The notes below the pieces were generated by a model. The model was not told the DNA's origin. It was given only the letters and a program-made list of their open reading frames with translations, and did no database searches. A stretch of 64,000 bases of DNA from the human T2T-CHM13v2.0 reference genome, Homo sapiens: NCBI RefSeq assembly GCF_009914755.1, contig NC_060937.1; one strand, 5' to 3'. A program made the position numbers and the translations under genes. Shown here piece by piece: positions 15,500 through 35,245 of this stretch (positions within the stretch are counted from its first letter, which is position 1; every line of letters starts with the position of its first letter).

Positions 15500-15714
15500 T
15501 AAAGATAGAAAACAACAAATATTTTAAAACCACCTAACAACTTTAGGACATTTAGGAAATAGGGGAATCTTACATACTCTCACCATCCTCATTCAACTCC
15601 CACAATTGTTCATTCCTTCCCACCTTAGCCTGTGTGCAAATGCATCGTCTACACAGCAGCAGCAGCAGAAGACAGAGATACACCCACATTCCCTAACCTG
15701 CCATTGAAGCTGAG

Positions 15715-16432
<718 letters not shown>

Positions 16433-17063
16433 ATCCTGCTTTATTCACTTAACATTAATTACAACACAAACACTTCCCTGTTGCTACACAGTCTATACTT
16501 AGGAGATTAATTTCTGCACAATATTTCATAATGGAATCATAATTTAATTAATTATAATACTGGATATTTAGGTCGTTTCAAAATGGAATGAGTGAGTTGG
16601 CAAGAAATAGCTAACTCTTTTCGATCCAGACTCTAAAAGCAGGAGCTGTATACCAGGGACTGGAAATGTCATATGTTTTTAAAGATATTGGAAGTCTTCC
16701 AGTCCTACGAGCCAAGCAGAATACCACAGGTGAGTGAGAATCATGCACCCTGAGAATTCAGAGCAAGTGGCCTATGCAACATGTGCTCTGTTATTTAGGA
16801 GGACACTTTAATTGCTGGTCTGTGATCATGCAATAGCTGTACTTTACTCTTCAGAATTTTTAAGGTCTATAAATTTTGTATATCAAAACTTTGCATCAGG
16901 GCCGTGATAGTTGAGAAGCACATAGATAGCTATCCCATCATTTTGTGCCGAGAAGTAATAATGAAGCAAGAGCCCGGGATTTTGCTATGGTTAACCACTA
17001 AACAGCTCTGTCATCTGGAGGAGGCTTCCGTGTGTCTCTGTGCCCCACCTATAAATCAAGGTA

Positions 17064-17280
17064 TGTAGCAGACCAGTCTGCAGCTTCTTCTACAACCATT
17101 TCCACCCTTCCCCTTCTTCCTTGCTGACACAAGTTTGGTGCAGATGCCAGGTGGAGAGACCCTGTTCCTAGGGAATCAGGTCTGAGAAATTCCAGGGGAT
17201 GCTGGGCTTGAGTCACTTGCTGTCATTCCATTCTTCTGTGCCACATACTCATGTTCCCAGCCTCCTTCATAGTTAGGCAC
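17064..17280 (+). mobile_element. MLT1-type MaLR LTR fragment
   Basis: TGTAGCAGAC...CCCTTCTTCCTTGCTGACA...TTCCCAGCCTCCTTCATAGTTAGG. Confidence 0.5.
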
Positions 17281-17294
17281 TGCCAAATTCAAAA

Positions 17295-17525
17295 ATAATA
17301 ATTCTTACACAACATAACAGTTTCCACGGGCCATTCTTTAAGTACTTTATGTGTTAACTCGTATCATTCTCACAACAACCCCAAGAGCTAAGTGTATTAT
17401 TATCATCCTGTTTGACTGAGAAGGAAGCCCTGGAACAGAGGTTCTCAAGGTCACATGGCTAGTAGATGTTGGAACAAGGACTCTTATCCAGGCTCGTCTG
17501 GCTCCAAGATCCATGCTGCTGTGTT
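17295..17525 (-). mobile_element. MIR
   Basis: TCTCACAACAACCC...TATTATTATCATCC...CAAGGTCACATGGCTAGTA. Confidence 0.7.
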
Positions 17526-17752
17526 ATAGTCAGACTATGAAGGCTTGTCTTCATGTAACCCAAAGCATATCTAAGCATTATCCCTGCATTAGCAAAGGCT
17601 GGCCTTGGGAGACATTGGCTTTTTCACATAGCCTTACTCATGAGCAGCAGGAATGACCTCCTGGCTTTGGATGATCAAAATTACTAGTTGCCCCTTAAGG
17701 GCCTCATCGTTCATTCTAAACATTAGTCAAAGTCACACTACTGAAAAGGTAG

Positions 17753-18086
<334 letters not shown>

Positions 18087-18829
18087 TTTCCTCCTCTTTT
18101 AAGGCTAGATTGTATAGTGTTAGTTTATGTGCAAATTGCTTTCCCTCCATTTCCACTCTGTGTTGTGCACGCACACATGCATACGCCCCCCATACACCCT
18201 GCACCCTCTGCCGGGTGCCCCATATTAAACGGTGCTCCAGGACAGGTTTTCCTTCCACGTACTCAGTCCCTAGCTTCTTACTTGAAGAAACATTTCCTCA
18301 AACCTCACCCCAACCTGCTCTCAACTCTTCAAGTCACTGACTTTCGTTTCTTTAGTCTTTACCTTTGATCCTTATTTTTGGGCCTAACACACACTGTAAA
18401 CTTCCAGGCTAGAAATACGGGTTCTCTTGACAGAGCATTTTTATTTTCTGTTTTAGTGATCAGCTCACCCCTCTCCCAATTCCACGGGACCTTTAGCTGT
18501 CACATACTTTGGCCTCAACTCTCAAAGCTGCATCCTCAACTGGAGCATCAGAGATTCCAGGCAAGGACTCCTTAACTCTGTTATTTTTATTTATGTATTT
18601 ATTAGAGACTGGGTCATTAGGTTCCTCACACTTGGCCTTGACCTCCTGGCCTCAGGGGATCCTCCCGCCTCAGCCTCCTGAGTAGCTGGATTACAGGCAC
18701 GAGCCACCACGCCCTTTTTGTTATTAGGGACACAGTCCTCCCCAGCCAGCACCACTCATAGAGTACCAGCCAGCACCACTACCGTAGAGTAAGTAGCTTG
18801 TAAACAAACAAGTAAACAAATAAACAAAC

Positions 18830-19353
18830 AATATCTATTTCATGTGTTTATATATAAATATATGTATATATTTGTATAAATATATGTGTATATATAAATA
18901 CACATATTTATATATACATTTATATATACACATTTATATATACGTTTATATAAATATACACATATATACATTTATATAAATATACACATATATTTATATA
19001 TACATTTATACAAATATGCACATGTATTTACATATACATTTATATAAATATGCACATGTATTTACATATACATTTATATAAATATGCACATATATTTACA
19101 TATACATTTATATAAATACGCACATATATTTACACATACATTTATATAAATATACATACATTTATATATGCATTTATATAAATATACATACATTTATATA
19201 TACATTTGTATAAATATATGTACATTTATATTTACATTTATATAAATATATACATATATTTGCATATATACATATATTTATATATACATTTATATAAATC
19301 TATACATATATTTACATATATACATTTACATATAAATACATATTTCATATATA
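18830..19353. repeat. AT-rich (TA)n-derived minisatellite, ~34-bp higher-order unit
   Basis: CATGTATTTACATATACATTTATATAAATATGCA repeated at 19021 and 19055, with degenerate copies around. Confidence 0.9.
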
Positions 19354-20579
19354 CAGTTTCACCTGAGGCCCTAGTAACCCCAGCTATAGTACTTGGAACA
19401 AAATCCCTGAGGATTTACTCGAGAACGCACCCTCAGTTCTCTTTGAGAAATCATACAGGATGACAGTTTCCAGAACACTGCTTATAGGAAAACATTCTCC
19501 CAGGTTTCAAATGGGAGAGGGCTGTATTACAGAAACTATAAACTCTTCAGCTCAACCTCTCCTGGACATGACTGTGGACGTTCAGAAAAGAAATCCAAGA
19601 AGACTGAAGAGTCAACGTGAATTCACTAAGTGCAAATCAGGCCAGGCTGACCTTGTTTCCGTTTTGGGGTGGGTTGGTAAGTTAGAGAAGCAAACCTTAC
19701 CCTCAGCTCTCAATACCCTGGTGTGTAACAATTAGTGGAAAAGGAGGAAGGAAGGGTTATAACCAGTCTCCAGAAAATTATACATAATTCAACCTATATT
19801 AATCTGTTTCATCCCTTTAAAATGTAAAAGAGAAAGCTCCAAACTGAGCAATTGTTACATTCAAATACTCTTTAGAGGGCTTTGTATAGAAGAAGGATTA
19901 GATTTCAGAGGGCAGAGCCAGGATAAGTGTGTGCAAATTACAGGGAGGCAGTATTGTACCCCAAATAGGGGGAAAACTGTCTAACGCTTAGGACACTGTT
20001 TCTTAAACCTGAGTCATGTACAGACTCCCTAATAGAAAAAATTCTCGCAAATTTCCAGGGTTTACGAATTGTTTTTCTATAACAGTTCTTAGTTATGGAC
20101 AAACATACAACTAGGTATAAAGTTCTTATGCTTACAGTTATACACATTTACAAATTAAGTTTGTAAACTGAATGTATAAATGTATACATTAAAGACAAGC
20201 AAAGCTACAATGTCAACAATATTTAAATAAACAACCTTCTTTTAATGGGAGAGATGATGTTTTGCTGAAGCAAAATCGTCATTCAGAGCATGAATATGGT
20301 ATCGATGGCTTTTGCCTTGGGCAGTTGTAGACCGCTGTGTGAATTGTGATAACACAAACCAAACACATTTCTTTTTCTGAACCATAGAGAAATCTTCATT
20401 TATGAAGTATGCTATAAGGTTACTTTCCTTCACTAAAATTGACATCATGGTTACCTATTAGGACCAATTCTGTTCTTTTTTAATTCACTCCCAATTAAAG
20501 TGGATCTACTCTCCTAACACATAAACAAAAATGAGCACTGAAAGATACCTTCTGGTAGCCCTCAGATAAAAAGTGATTA

Positions 20580-21000
20580 CTACATTCGCCAAAACTCATA
20601 GAAAATACAATCAGGGTGAACCCTAATGGGAAGGCTGAACTTTAGTTAATGATGTTGTATCAATTTTGGCTCACCAATTGTGACAAATGTACAACACTAA
20701 TGTCAGATGCTAAAAGTAGAAGAAATTGGAAGCCAGGCATAGTAGCGTGCACCTGTAGTCCTAGCTACTCAGGAGGCTGAGGCAGGAGGATTGCTTAAGC
20801 CCAGGAATTTGAGGCTGGAGTGTGAACTGCCACTGCACTCCAGCCTAGGCAACGTGTTAAGACCTCATGTCTAAAAAGGAAAAAAAAAAGTGTGGGGGAG
20901 AGGAAATTAGGGATGGAGGGCCAGGGGGTATATGAGAATTCTCTGTGCTTTTTGTTCAATGTCTCTGTAAACCTAAAACCGCTCAGGAAAAGAAGAAGTC
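20580..21000 (+). mobile_element. L1MC-type 3' end with an inserted Alu monomer (~20732-20889)
   Basis: GTGAACCCTAATG...AATTGTGACAAATGTACAACACTAATG...CTGTAAACCTAAAAC. Confidence 0.7.
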
Positions 21001-22596
21001 TACTAATTTTTAAGAAAGTGGTCACCATAAAGTTCTTATGTATTAGTTCTTTTTAGATTATTGTCCACATGAAAAGACAACTATTTCTAGATCTTGTATG
21101 AAACTCTTGTACCTCCAAGAATAATTCTATATATCTCAGGGTCTGTACCGTAGTTTTTAAAAATGCTGAAATTGAGAGTTCAAGAATGGAACGAAGTATT
21201 CTAAAAAGTCGTTAGAACTTCTTTACTCAAAGTGTTTCAGAAAATGCCTAGAAGGTCATCTTTTAGAGAAGTTCTTCTAGGGATTTTTGCTTTTGGAGAG
21301 AGGTCAGAGCACAGGATCTCTAATTCCAAGATTATATAATTCTACTTGGTGTTTTTTTTTTAAGATTTAGCTTTGAATTCATTTGCTTTTACTGCTACTT
21401 TTCACAGACTGTGCAATGGCCCAATGTCAGAACCATGAGGTGATGAAATTTGTAGCTTTCTAAGGTTTTTCTTATTCCCACAATCCTGTTCAAATAGCAA
21501 CAATTTCATTTAGGCCAAACCAATTGCTAATTTTTGGTCCTGGGAAAGGATAACTAATAAACCTCACATCATTCCAGTGAACCCAGATTGCATTCCTTTC
21601 TGATGGCTTATCATATTGCACTCTGGGTTAAATGCCATAGTTATAGCTCCATTTACATATTTGGGTAATCCATTTTCTAAGTGTTCTCTTAAAGAAAACC
21701 TAGAAAACGTTTCTATTTCTTTATTCCCTTTGGAAAATATTTCCTTGCAGGAATCTAAGGCTAGAATTGAATCTGTAAAAGGACTCTTGTAATTCTACAC
21801 TTTTTAAAACCACTGTTTGAATTTTGTTGAATTCACATACGTGCATTTTCGTTTAGTTTTAGCAGACAACACTGCCATGATAGGAGTTGTAACGTCATAG
21901 GCATTGAGTAGGTCAAATCTTTTGGCACTGGGTCTAAAGATTTGATTCCTCCAATTGGGGTGGTATTGCTGAACTGCGGTAGAACTGTTTTCCATTAGAA
22001 AGTAAAGAAGCTGGGTCCTCGTCATAAATGTGGGTAGCTGAGGGAGGAGTACAGTCACGTTTTCTGATTTTCAGCCTGTCTTTCTCTGCTAGGCAGCATT
22101 CGCCCCCTGTCCCATTACATCAGACCACTCACGATTCTGACCTGGAACTTCCAGAAAGAATGGCTGGCTTGGAGGCATGGCTTCTTATCACCACCCACTG
22201 TCTGCTCCAAGAACTGCAGGAGCATTTCAAAACCACCAGGGCAGGTGACTCTCCCAACCGCAGAAAGAGGAAATGTACTAGAATAGAAAGAAAGAATAAA
22301 ACGGAAGAACAAATGAGCATCTGAGGAATACACCTGAAAAATGAATCACCAAGGGAAACCCGTTTCTATCTTTATTTTGATGTTTCCAAAAGGAAACCCG
22401 TATTTATAAAAGATCACAACCAAAGTTCAATAGTCTGAAATGAGATATTTTCAATATAAAAACAGGATCTACTCATTTTTCTCAATTCATATTAAAAACA
22501 GTTGTTTGATAGCATTCCCATGGAGACATGTAAATTTATTTATTTTTTCTAATTGTTATCCCAGTGTGCTCCTGTTTGAAAGCTATTACAAAATTA

Positions 22597-22915
22597 GGCC
22601 GGGCACGGTGGCTCACGCCTGTAATCCCAACACTTTGGGAGGCTAAGGCAGGAGGGTCGCTTGAGCCCAGGGGTTCAAGACCAGCCTGGGCAACATGGCA
22701 AAATCATGTCTTTACAAAAAATACAAAAAAAAAAAAAATGAGCCGGGTGTGGAGGCACATGCCTATATTCCCAGCTACTTGGGAGGCTGAGGCGGGAGGA
22801 TCACTTGAGCCTAGGAATTCAAGGTTGCAGTAAGCCATGATTGTACCACTGCACTACAGCTTGGACAACAGAGTGAGACCTTGTCTCAAAATAAATAAAT
22901 AAATAAATAAATTAA
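22597..22915 (+). mobile_element. AluJ-like
   Basis: Full dimer with (TAAA)n tail. Confidence 0.92.
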
Positions 22916-23814
22916 TTAAGCTATGACAAGGTTAGCATCAATATATTTTTGAAAATAGTAGCAGTCTGAATACAGACAAAACACGCCTCCTTGATTTGAG
23001 ATTCTGCTTCTTTTTCCACTTTACTGTTAATTCCTTTTTTTTTTTTTTTTTTCATACTTTCACCAGTTTCAGGAAAGGGTGGGTTAGAGTCAGGGGCTTC
23101 CTGAAGCTTTTCAGAACAAGAATTCTAATGAAGCAGTGTGTTCAGAGGGGGGTCCCCTGAGAATCATGTTTTGGAACATACCGACCTCATGTGGTATTAT
23201 CTTTGCTACACTTTGCAGTTTCGTGTGAAACTTATTTTTGGTCTTTAACAAAGCATGTCCATGTTTATCTTAAATGCTGAAAAAGTTTAATAGTTTAAAA
23301 CAAAACTTTTTAAAATAATTAAATATACAATGAATGCTGAAACATAAAAGTCAGACAGAATGTTACCTTAACAAGAAAGGGCTTCCTAAAGATCAAAAGA
23401 TTGCTGTTTGTTTTATTTGCTAAAGACAAATAGCAAGTACTTTCACTTTAGGGGATTCAGATTGCTATTGAAGGAGCCTAGGCATTTTTGTTGCCCCACC
23501 CCCACCTAGATAAAGGCTTCCTCTACCTCATTCATAGAGTGGGAAACTTGCTTATTGATACTAAAAACATTGACTGCGCATTTAGAAAAATGGAATGCTG
23601 ACATTTGATTAAAGATAGTATAGGATTCAAGCCAATGGCATTTCTGACCATGTCTTTCAGTCTTACTTAAAATTAGAGGGGAAATAGACACTACCTTGGG
23701 TTTTGCCTTATTCTGTGTACGGGTAGTAAGTAATTAGTGCAGCACTGAGCGGGAATGAATTATACTGAGTGCCAGTGCTACCAAGTTCCACCCCCTCTCA
23801 TGTTGAGTGGGATT

Positions 23815-23952
<138 letters not shown>

Positions 23953-24451
23953 TAAGCTGATTTTAATGCCACCTTTAATAAAGAAGAGAAGAAACAGGCT
24001 TTTCAAGAATAAAAGCTCTCTTTCCCTCTAAATATTTCCAGATTTGGGTTTTTTTTTTTTTAAAGTCAGTGATATTAATTAAGTCAGTGATGGACTGCTA
24101 TGTCAGAATAGGACAAGATGAAAATGTACCCTCAGTCCAATCTAATCTGCAGTGGCCTATAAGAGATGGGTTTGTATAATGGTGGTCCCTTTCTTTACGG
24201 GGCTGTTTGCATAAAGCAAAGCAACTTTGGATGATGTAATATCTGGTCATTTCCATCTACAGCTATCATATGGGCCCTATATAGTCCTGCAAAGAGAAAT
24301 AACAGTTCTTGTCTTGTGCTACCTCGAAATAGCTTCAAAATGTTTGCTGTTTTTTATAAAAACTTCAACAAATATTTATTTTGCACATGGCTAGATCATG
24401 ATTTCTGGTTTTTGTTTTGTTTTCACCTCATCGTTTGTGGGTTCTCTACCC

Positions 24452-24680
24452 AGGCAGTATAGTAAAGTTTTTAAGAGCTTGAGCTCTAGAATCAGATAAA
24501 CTGACTCTCACTTACTTATGTGATCTGAGCAGATTAATGAAGCTTTGTAAGCCTAATTTGCTCATTTGCAAAATGGCAAATATTAGTAGTCCTTCACTTG
24601 AAAGGTTGTTGTGAGGATTGAACATGTGTAAGGAGCTCGGCACAGGACTCAGATAGAATCCATCAAATAATAACTTGTTA
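24452..24680 (+). mobile_element. MIR
   Basis: GGCAGTATAGTAAAG...GCTCTAGAATCAGA...GGTTGTTGTGAGGATT. Confidence 0.75.
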
Positions 24681-25365
24681 TAATAAAAAAGGACATATGT
24701 CCAAGTCCTTAAATCAATTACAAGGAACCTAAAAGACTTTCTGCAGCAGTTGAGGGAAATCAAACACCACTTCTCTTTTCAACTCGCTTCCTTTCTGTTA
24801 TCAGCTCATGGGATTACATGGCTGTTCTCACCAGCATGCATGTTTGTAAGCAGTCTACAGCTCATGTTGTGAGGGCAAAAGATGGAAGAAGGTCATGAAA
24901 CAGAGTGACCCTCATCCATATAGAAATGACAAAATATGCATGCAGAACCTATCATTCTTTAAGACTCTAATGAAATCCGGCTAAAGGAAATTACAGTGCG
25001 TGATAAATGATATTCCATGATTTCAGGAAATCTTACCAGAAAAACCCAAAAACCTCTCATGGTTGGGTAATGCAAAGATTCTAAAATACCAGATACTCCC
25101 CAGATCCCCAGATCATGGCTTTGGATTGTATTGAACCAGCAAATTATTTTGTTTTGCTTAATTTACTTTAATGGGAGGCAGTATGGCAGAGTGGTGACAT
25201 GAGGTAGCTCAATTGTTGTTGTTGTTTTAAAAATTGTTTCATAATTTTGCTATCAATAATTGCTTGTGATTCTTGAGTAGCATTCCATAATTACATGCTC
25301 ATAAGAATGGTGGGAAAGGTAGTGCATGTGTATTTGAGATAATAAAAGATTTTAAAGTATCAGAG

Positions 25366-25662
25366 GGCTGGAGGCAGTGGCTCATGCCTGTAATCCCAGC
25401 ACTTTGGGAGGCTGAGATGGGCGAATCACTTGAGGTCAGGAGTTTGAAACCAGTCTGGCCAATATGGTGAAACCCTGTCTCTACTAAAAATACAAAAATT
25501 AGCTGGTGTGGTGGCGCATGCCTGTAGTCCCGGCTACTCGAGAGGCCGAGGCAGAAGAATGGCTTGAGCCCGGAGGTGGGGGTTGCAGTGAGCCGAGATT
25601 GCACCATTGCACTCCAGCCTGGGTGACAGAGCGAGACTCCATTTCAAAAAAAAAAAAAAAAA
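25366..25662 (+). mobile_element. AluS-like
   Basis: Full dimer with poly-A tail. Confidence 0.93.
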
Positions 25663-26872
25663 ATCACAGTAGGAGACCACTACTTTCTAAGGGAGGAGTC
25701 AGAAAACAGGAATAGTGATTTATTTAGACTAATTCTGTTATGTCAGGCATCTAAAAGAATTTAGTTTGAAGAAAGATTTGGGTTTCTATGAGAATGTATG
25801 AAAGCTCTAATTTATTATCTATTCAATAATTTTATATATAGATTTTTATTGAACTGAAAAGATAATTTTAGAAAATCCTTCATTTCCTCCACAGCATGGT
25901 TAACATTAATATTTAGACTGAGTTTATGAGTGTTTTCCCAGCATTGATTTCATAGTTCCTTGTCAGTTCTGGACGTAAAGGACAAGCTTTGATCTGAAGT
26001 GCGGCTGATTCAGTATGAGGGCAGATTGTGCTACGGAGATGGTTTTATGATATCTCTGTTGGGATGTTCTTTACAGTTACATCCTGACCTGCCGAATTAT
26101 TAGTAAGTAGACAGTCATAGCTCCAATCCCATAACTCGACCACAAAAATAGAATTCTAGCTTCTTTTAATATGAACATTATCTAGATAGGACTATATCTA
26201 GGTCTTTCCTGACAAGTTATATGATTTAGTGCTTTGTTTCTATGAACTAAAGTTAGAAACTCGGAGTGACTCATTTTTATTTTTTTTACGCATCTAAGTG
26301 TACAAGGAAATCAGACTGCTTCTGGTGTTGCTTTCTTTAAAAGAAAAAAAAAAGACATGCTCGTTGTTGAGTATCCTTTTTAGGTCAGCAATTCTTAAGT
26401 GCAGGACTTATTGGTATCCGAGCGGAAAGGCCTGAAGCTCTGATTTATCACAACTCCCTGTGAGTGGAGTCCTTCCATGGCTGGAGAAAGGAAAACATTT
26501 GTTGTACTAATACTGAATGTGCTTCCTGTGTAAAATAACCTTTAACTCTGTGGAGATCCCCCATTTTAATGACCAGGGACGTAGTGGAAGAAGAAGGAAA
26601 TCCAAATTCCCCACAGGCAGCCTCTCTCCTCAACAGCAGGACAAGCTGCAGCCCTCCTCACGACAGAAACGCTTACTGAGGTAATGCCCCGCTAGGCTCT
26701 CTTTCACCTGTTTGAAGACACGACTCCATGAATTGTCATCAAATGTGTGTGACATTTTGACCTATGAAGAACACTGGGCGACAGCAGTCAGGTATTGTGA
26801 GGTAGCTGGACCAGGGGGAAGAGGACCGTCCTCTCATGCCAGCTTCAGTTATAGGCACTGCTGGGAACCTGA

Positions 26873-27417
<545 letters not shown>

Positions 27418-28324
27418 TGAGTTCTGTGGAAAGTGCATCCATGAGATGGGGAAAGAGGAGAGTTGGCATAGGCTTTCAGAGCTTACCTAGCACGCTGGCA
27501 CTACAATGTCTTAGTGAGGGACATGATCATGTTTTATCTCAGCACCTTTATAGTGATCTTGTATTCCCAGCTGCAGTTAGCCACAGACACAAGAGCTTTC
27601 CAGAGGCAATCAATGGTCCACCTACCCTCAAGCTCACTTGCAGATGGCTTCTTTTCAAAAGACATACCTACTTTTAAAAGACAACTGAGCTGTTTGAGAG
27701 AGAGAAGGAGGAAAGTAAAGGGAACTGGCTACTTTTATAGCCATTCTGTCTCTCTCCTCACCTTCCTCCCTCTCTGCACTTACATCTGCAACTCCTTTAA
27801 GCCAGATCTCCCAATTCATCTTGATTTTCATGTCTTGCCTCTTCCTAAGAATGAATGATCTGTCTCAGTGAGTGCATACAAACCTTAACAATACAAGAAT
27901 CTTGTATTTCACGTCTTAGACTGTATCAGTGGGTCATGAAACTCCATTTAAGTCTGACATGGCTGTGGCACGGTAGAAGACACACTACCTGGTACCTTAG
28001 CAGGTATTTGAGAAATATTGATTATCAACCTGTGTTTGATATTTGATGTTTGTTGATAAAAGTGGAACACTGGTTAGGAATCATGAAACTCAGGCTCTGT
28101 CAAGATCCTACTGCTGATTTGATGGGCAATTTTTGTCAGTCTCTTAGCCTCTCTGGTTTACGATTTCCTGGCTCCTAAAAAGAATTGTATCTTCTTGATC
28201 CTTAAAATGGAGTATTTATACCCATACCTAGAAGAATTCAGGATTGTGTCAGGGATGTATATAGCCAGAAGATAAATATCTTCTTAGAGTATCAATTTCA
28301 TTTGAGGGTAAATAACCTTAAAGT

Positions 28325-28646
28325 TTTGTTTTGTTTGATTTTTTTTTTTTTTTTTTTTGAGACAGAGTTTCATTCTTGTTGCCCAGGCTGGAGTGCAATG
28401 GCGTGATCTCGGCTCACCCGCAACCTCCACCTCCCGGGTCCTGGTTCAAGCAGTTCTCCTGCCTCAGCCTCCTGAGTAGCTGGGATTACAGGCACGTGCC
28501 ACCACACCCAGCTAATTTTTGTATTTTTAGTAGAGACGGGGTTTCACCATGTTGGCCAGGCTGGTCTCGAACTCCTGACCTCGTAATCCTCCCGCCTTGG
28601 CCTCCCAAAGTGCTGGGATTACAGGCTTGAGCCACCGTGCCTGGCT
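28325..28646 (-). mobile_element. AluS-like
   Basis: Full antisense dimer; TSD AAGTTTTGTTTT. Confidence 0.93.
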
Positions 28647-29176
28647 GAAGTTTTGTTTTCTGTTGTTGATGAAACCAAACAAGGATCTATTAGGCATTCC
28701 TGAAATGTAAAATATGTGTAAATTTTGTGCTAGCAGTCAACAGTTTTGAATCATGCCCAACTACTGCCCCTCCTTCCTCGCCCTCTGTTAATATCCACCT
28801 TCTTCTGTTTTTAGGGATTTTTTTCAGTGGAGAACTCTGAAGTGCTGCTCAGTGATAGCTACTTTCCTTTTAGCTCCTTCCTGTTTCTTTCCTATTCTTA
28901 AAGTATCTTTTTCTTTGCAGGAACTTCCCCATGCCCAAGGCTTTGGTTAATGCCTCTATGCTGATGTCTCATTTATGTATCTCCTCCAGACACCAAGCCT
29001 GTCTTTCAGCAGTCTACTTGAGATTTCCTTTTGAATACCTCAAAGGTGCAAACTCAACATGTCTAAAGTAAGAACTCATATTGACTCCCCCAAACCTGGT
29101 ACCTTTCCCGTGTTCCATATCTAAGGAAATGCCACTACACCCATTAATGCACAAATTAGAAACTTCAGTCATCCTT

Positions 29177-29767
<591 letters not shown>

Positions 29768-30427
29768 GTAAAACAGTCATCCTTTGACATCATTCTCATA
29801 ATTCCCTATGGCCAATTCATCACCAAATCTTGTCATTGACTTCTGAGTTGCTGTCAAATCCCCATCCTCAAGCTACTGTCCTCTGTTGCAGCCTCCTCAC
29901 TGTTCTTCTGGCCCCTCTACCTGCAAGACCCTGCGTGTTCGGGACCGTTGCCAACCTCAAACAGCCTTGCTTTTCTGATGCGGCCACACTGGCTTTCTTC
30001 TAGTCCCGCATAGTCACCAGGCACCCTCATATCACAGGACCTTTGCCTGTATCTATTCTCACTCCTTTTTCACTCAGTTAACTTCTACTCATCAGATCAG
30101 AGAAGCCTTCTGACCTCATTGACTCCTCTATGAGGACCATTTATTTCTCTTCTGTGGCACCTGCAAAGCTGCAGTTTTATTTCGGTTTACTTTATCATTT
30201 GATTAAGGTGTGCTCCTCCAAGGCTGAAACTCCACGAGGACGGGAACCATGTCTGGCGAGCATTGTGCTCCAAGAAGCTAACACAGTAAACACTTCAGTT
30301 TGTAAATATTTGCTGAACCAATGAATAGTTATTCACTACCAAAAAAAGGGGAACTATTGACAAGTGCAACAAAAAATAATGAGTTAATACACATGAAAGC
30401 ATTTTGTGAATCTAAACTGCTGTTCAA

Positions 30428-30897
30428 CGCCAGGCACAATGGCTCATGCCTGTAATCCCAGCACTTTCGGAGGCCAAGGTGGGAGGATAACTTGAGGACA
30501 GGAGTTCAAGACCAGCCTGGGCAACACGGCGAAACCTGTCTCTACAAGAAACAAAAACTTAGCCGGTTGTGGTGGCATGCGCCTATAGTCCCAACTACTC
30601 AAGAGGCTGAGATGGAAGGATCACTGGAGCTTGGGAAGTCAAGGCTACAGTGAGCTACAACAGAGCAACTGCACTCCAGTCTGGGTAACAGAGTGAGACT
30701 CTGTCTCAAAAAAAAAAAACAAAAAAACCCAAAAAGGCCCAGTGTGGTGGCATGCACCTATAGTCCTAGCTACTCAGGAGGCTGAGGCGGGAGGATACTT
30801 GAGCAGGAATTCGAGGTTACAGTGAGCTATGATTGCGCCACTGTACTCTAGCCTGGGTGACAGGGCAAGACTCTTGTCTCAAAACAAACAAACAAAA
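30428..30897 (+). mobile_element. AluJ-like dimer plus an extra right monomer (FRAM-like)
   Basis: Three Alu arms within TSD-like AAACTGCTGTTCAA and AAAATGCTATTCAA. Confidence 0.85.
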
Positions 30898-31311
30898 TGC
30901 TATTCAAGTATTAGGTTGTGTTTGAAGTGACTAGTTAGGATGTTATTTTTCAAATATCAAGTGTAGACTACTTGAATACAGTGTCCAGATTTATGAAGAC
31001 AAAATGGAAATGAGCATTTGGAGTCAAGCCCTCCTCCAAAGTCTTTAACAGAACTGCTGACCTTTCAATGGCTGCTATACCCAGGCATTCAAACAAAAGA
31101 GGCATTTGTATACGTGCACATAAACTCTCCATATCTGTTAATTACTAGAATTAGTTTCCTGCATTTGCATGACTTTTGTCCTAACAAAATAAATACATTT
31201 TTCACAGTGTCTCCCTCCAAAAACAAATCTCCCAGAGAATTAATGGCATGGCACTGGGAGTGCCAGCAATAAAAATAACAAAAGCCTATAATCATTAATG
31301 AAATACGGTCA

Positions 31312-33800
<2,489 letters not shown>

Positions 33801-34039
33801 AGATACATAAATATGTGAATATACATACGTGTGTACATTGTTCTCCATATGTTCTCTTCGTTTGCTTCTATCTAAATAACTCTTGGGGTTTACACAAGCT
33901 CTCAATGTCATCTGTGAAACCTACAGACTATTGCTTATGGCAGAAAAAATGCACTCAACTTGTGAGCTACTCGCTTACATAACCATGTACTCCACTTTTA
34001 CCAGATGAGTTGTTTGTTTACCAATTTCTAGTTGTGCTT

Positions 34040-34490
34040 GCTCCTAAACATTTTTATGACAGTTGTACTGTTATTATAAACCAAGTAACTTGAACAAATA
34101 CTACTGAAGCCAACATATAATAATGTGATAAGAATGAATTTTTGTTTTCATGGAAGCTGTTGTCTGCTTTAGAAAGGTTCAATAAAGACAGGTTGCAAAA
34201 AAATGCTGTTGGTTTGGGCATAACAATTGTAAAGCATAAAGAGAAAATTTTAAGATTTTGTATTTGCATTTTTCTACAAGTCTTATTAAGTTATTGAACC
34301 ACATTAGAGAAATCCAAACTGAAAACTGTATATGATGCATTATTGATGTAGTTTATGCAAGAAAGATATCATGGTACTCCAAATCAGTAGACCCATACTT
34401 AAGAGAAGGACCTTGTCCTACATCACATTATGGATAAATGAATATATATATATACACACACACATATGTTTTATGTTAAAATATTTTAAA
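34040..34490 (+). mobile_element. Tigger (pogo) transposase remnant
   Basis: Decayed translation KSKLKTVYDALLM*FMQERYHGTP/ISRPILK resembles a CENP-B-type HTH. Confidence 0.65.
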
Positions 34491-34519
34491 TATGTATTAT
34501 TACTACAGCATAACCTAGC

Positions 34520-35245
<726 letters not shown>

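Noticed and set aside
19206-19463. Y/I/H-rich ORF
   Set aside because: Translation of the TA-rich minisatellite
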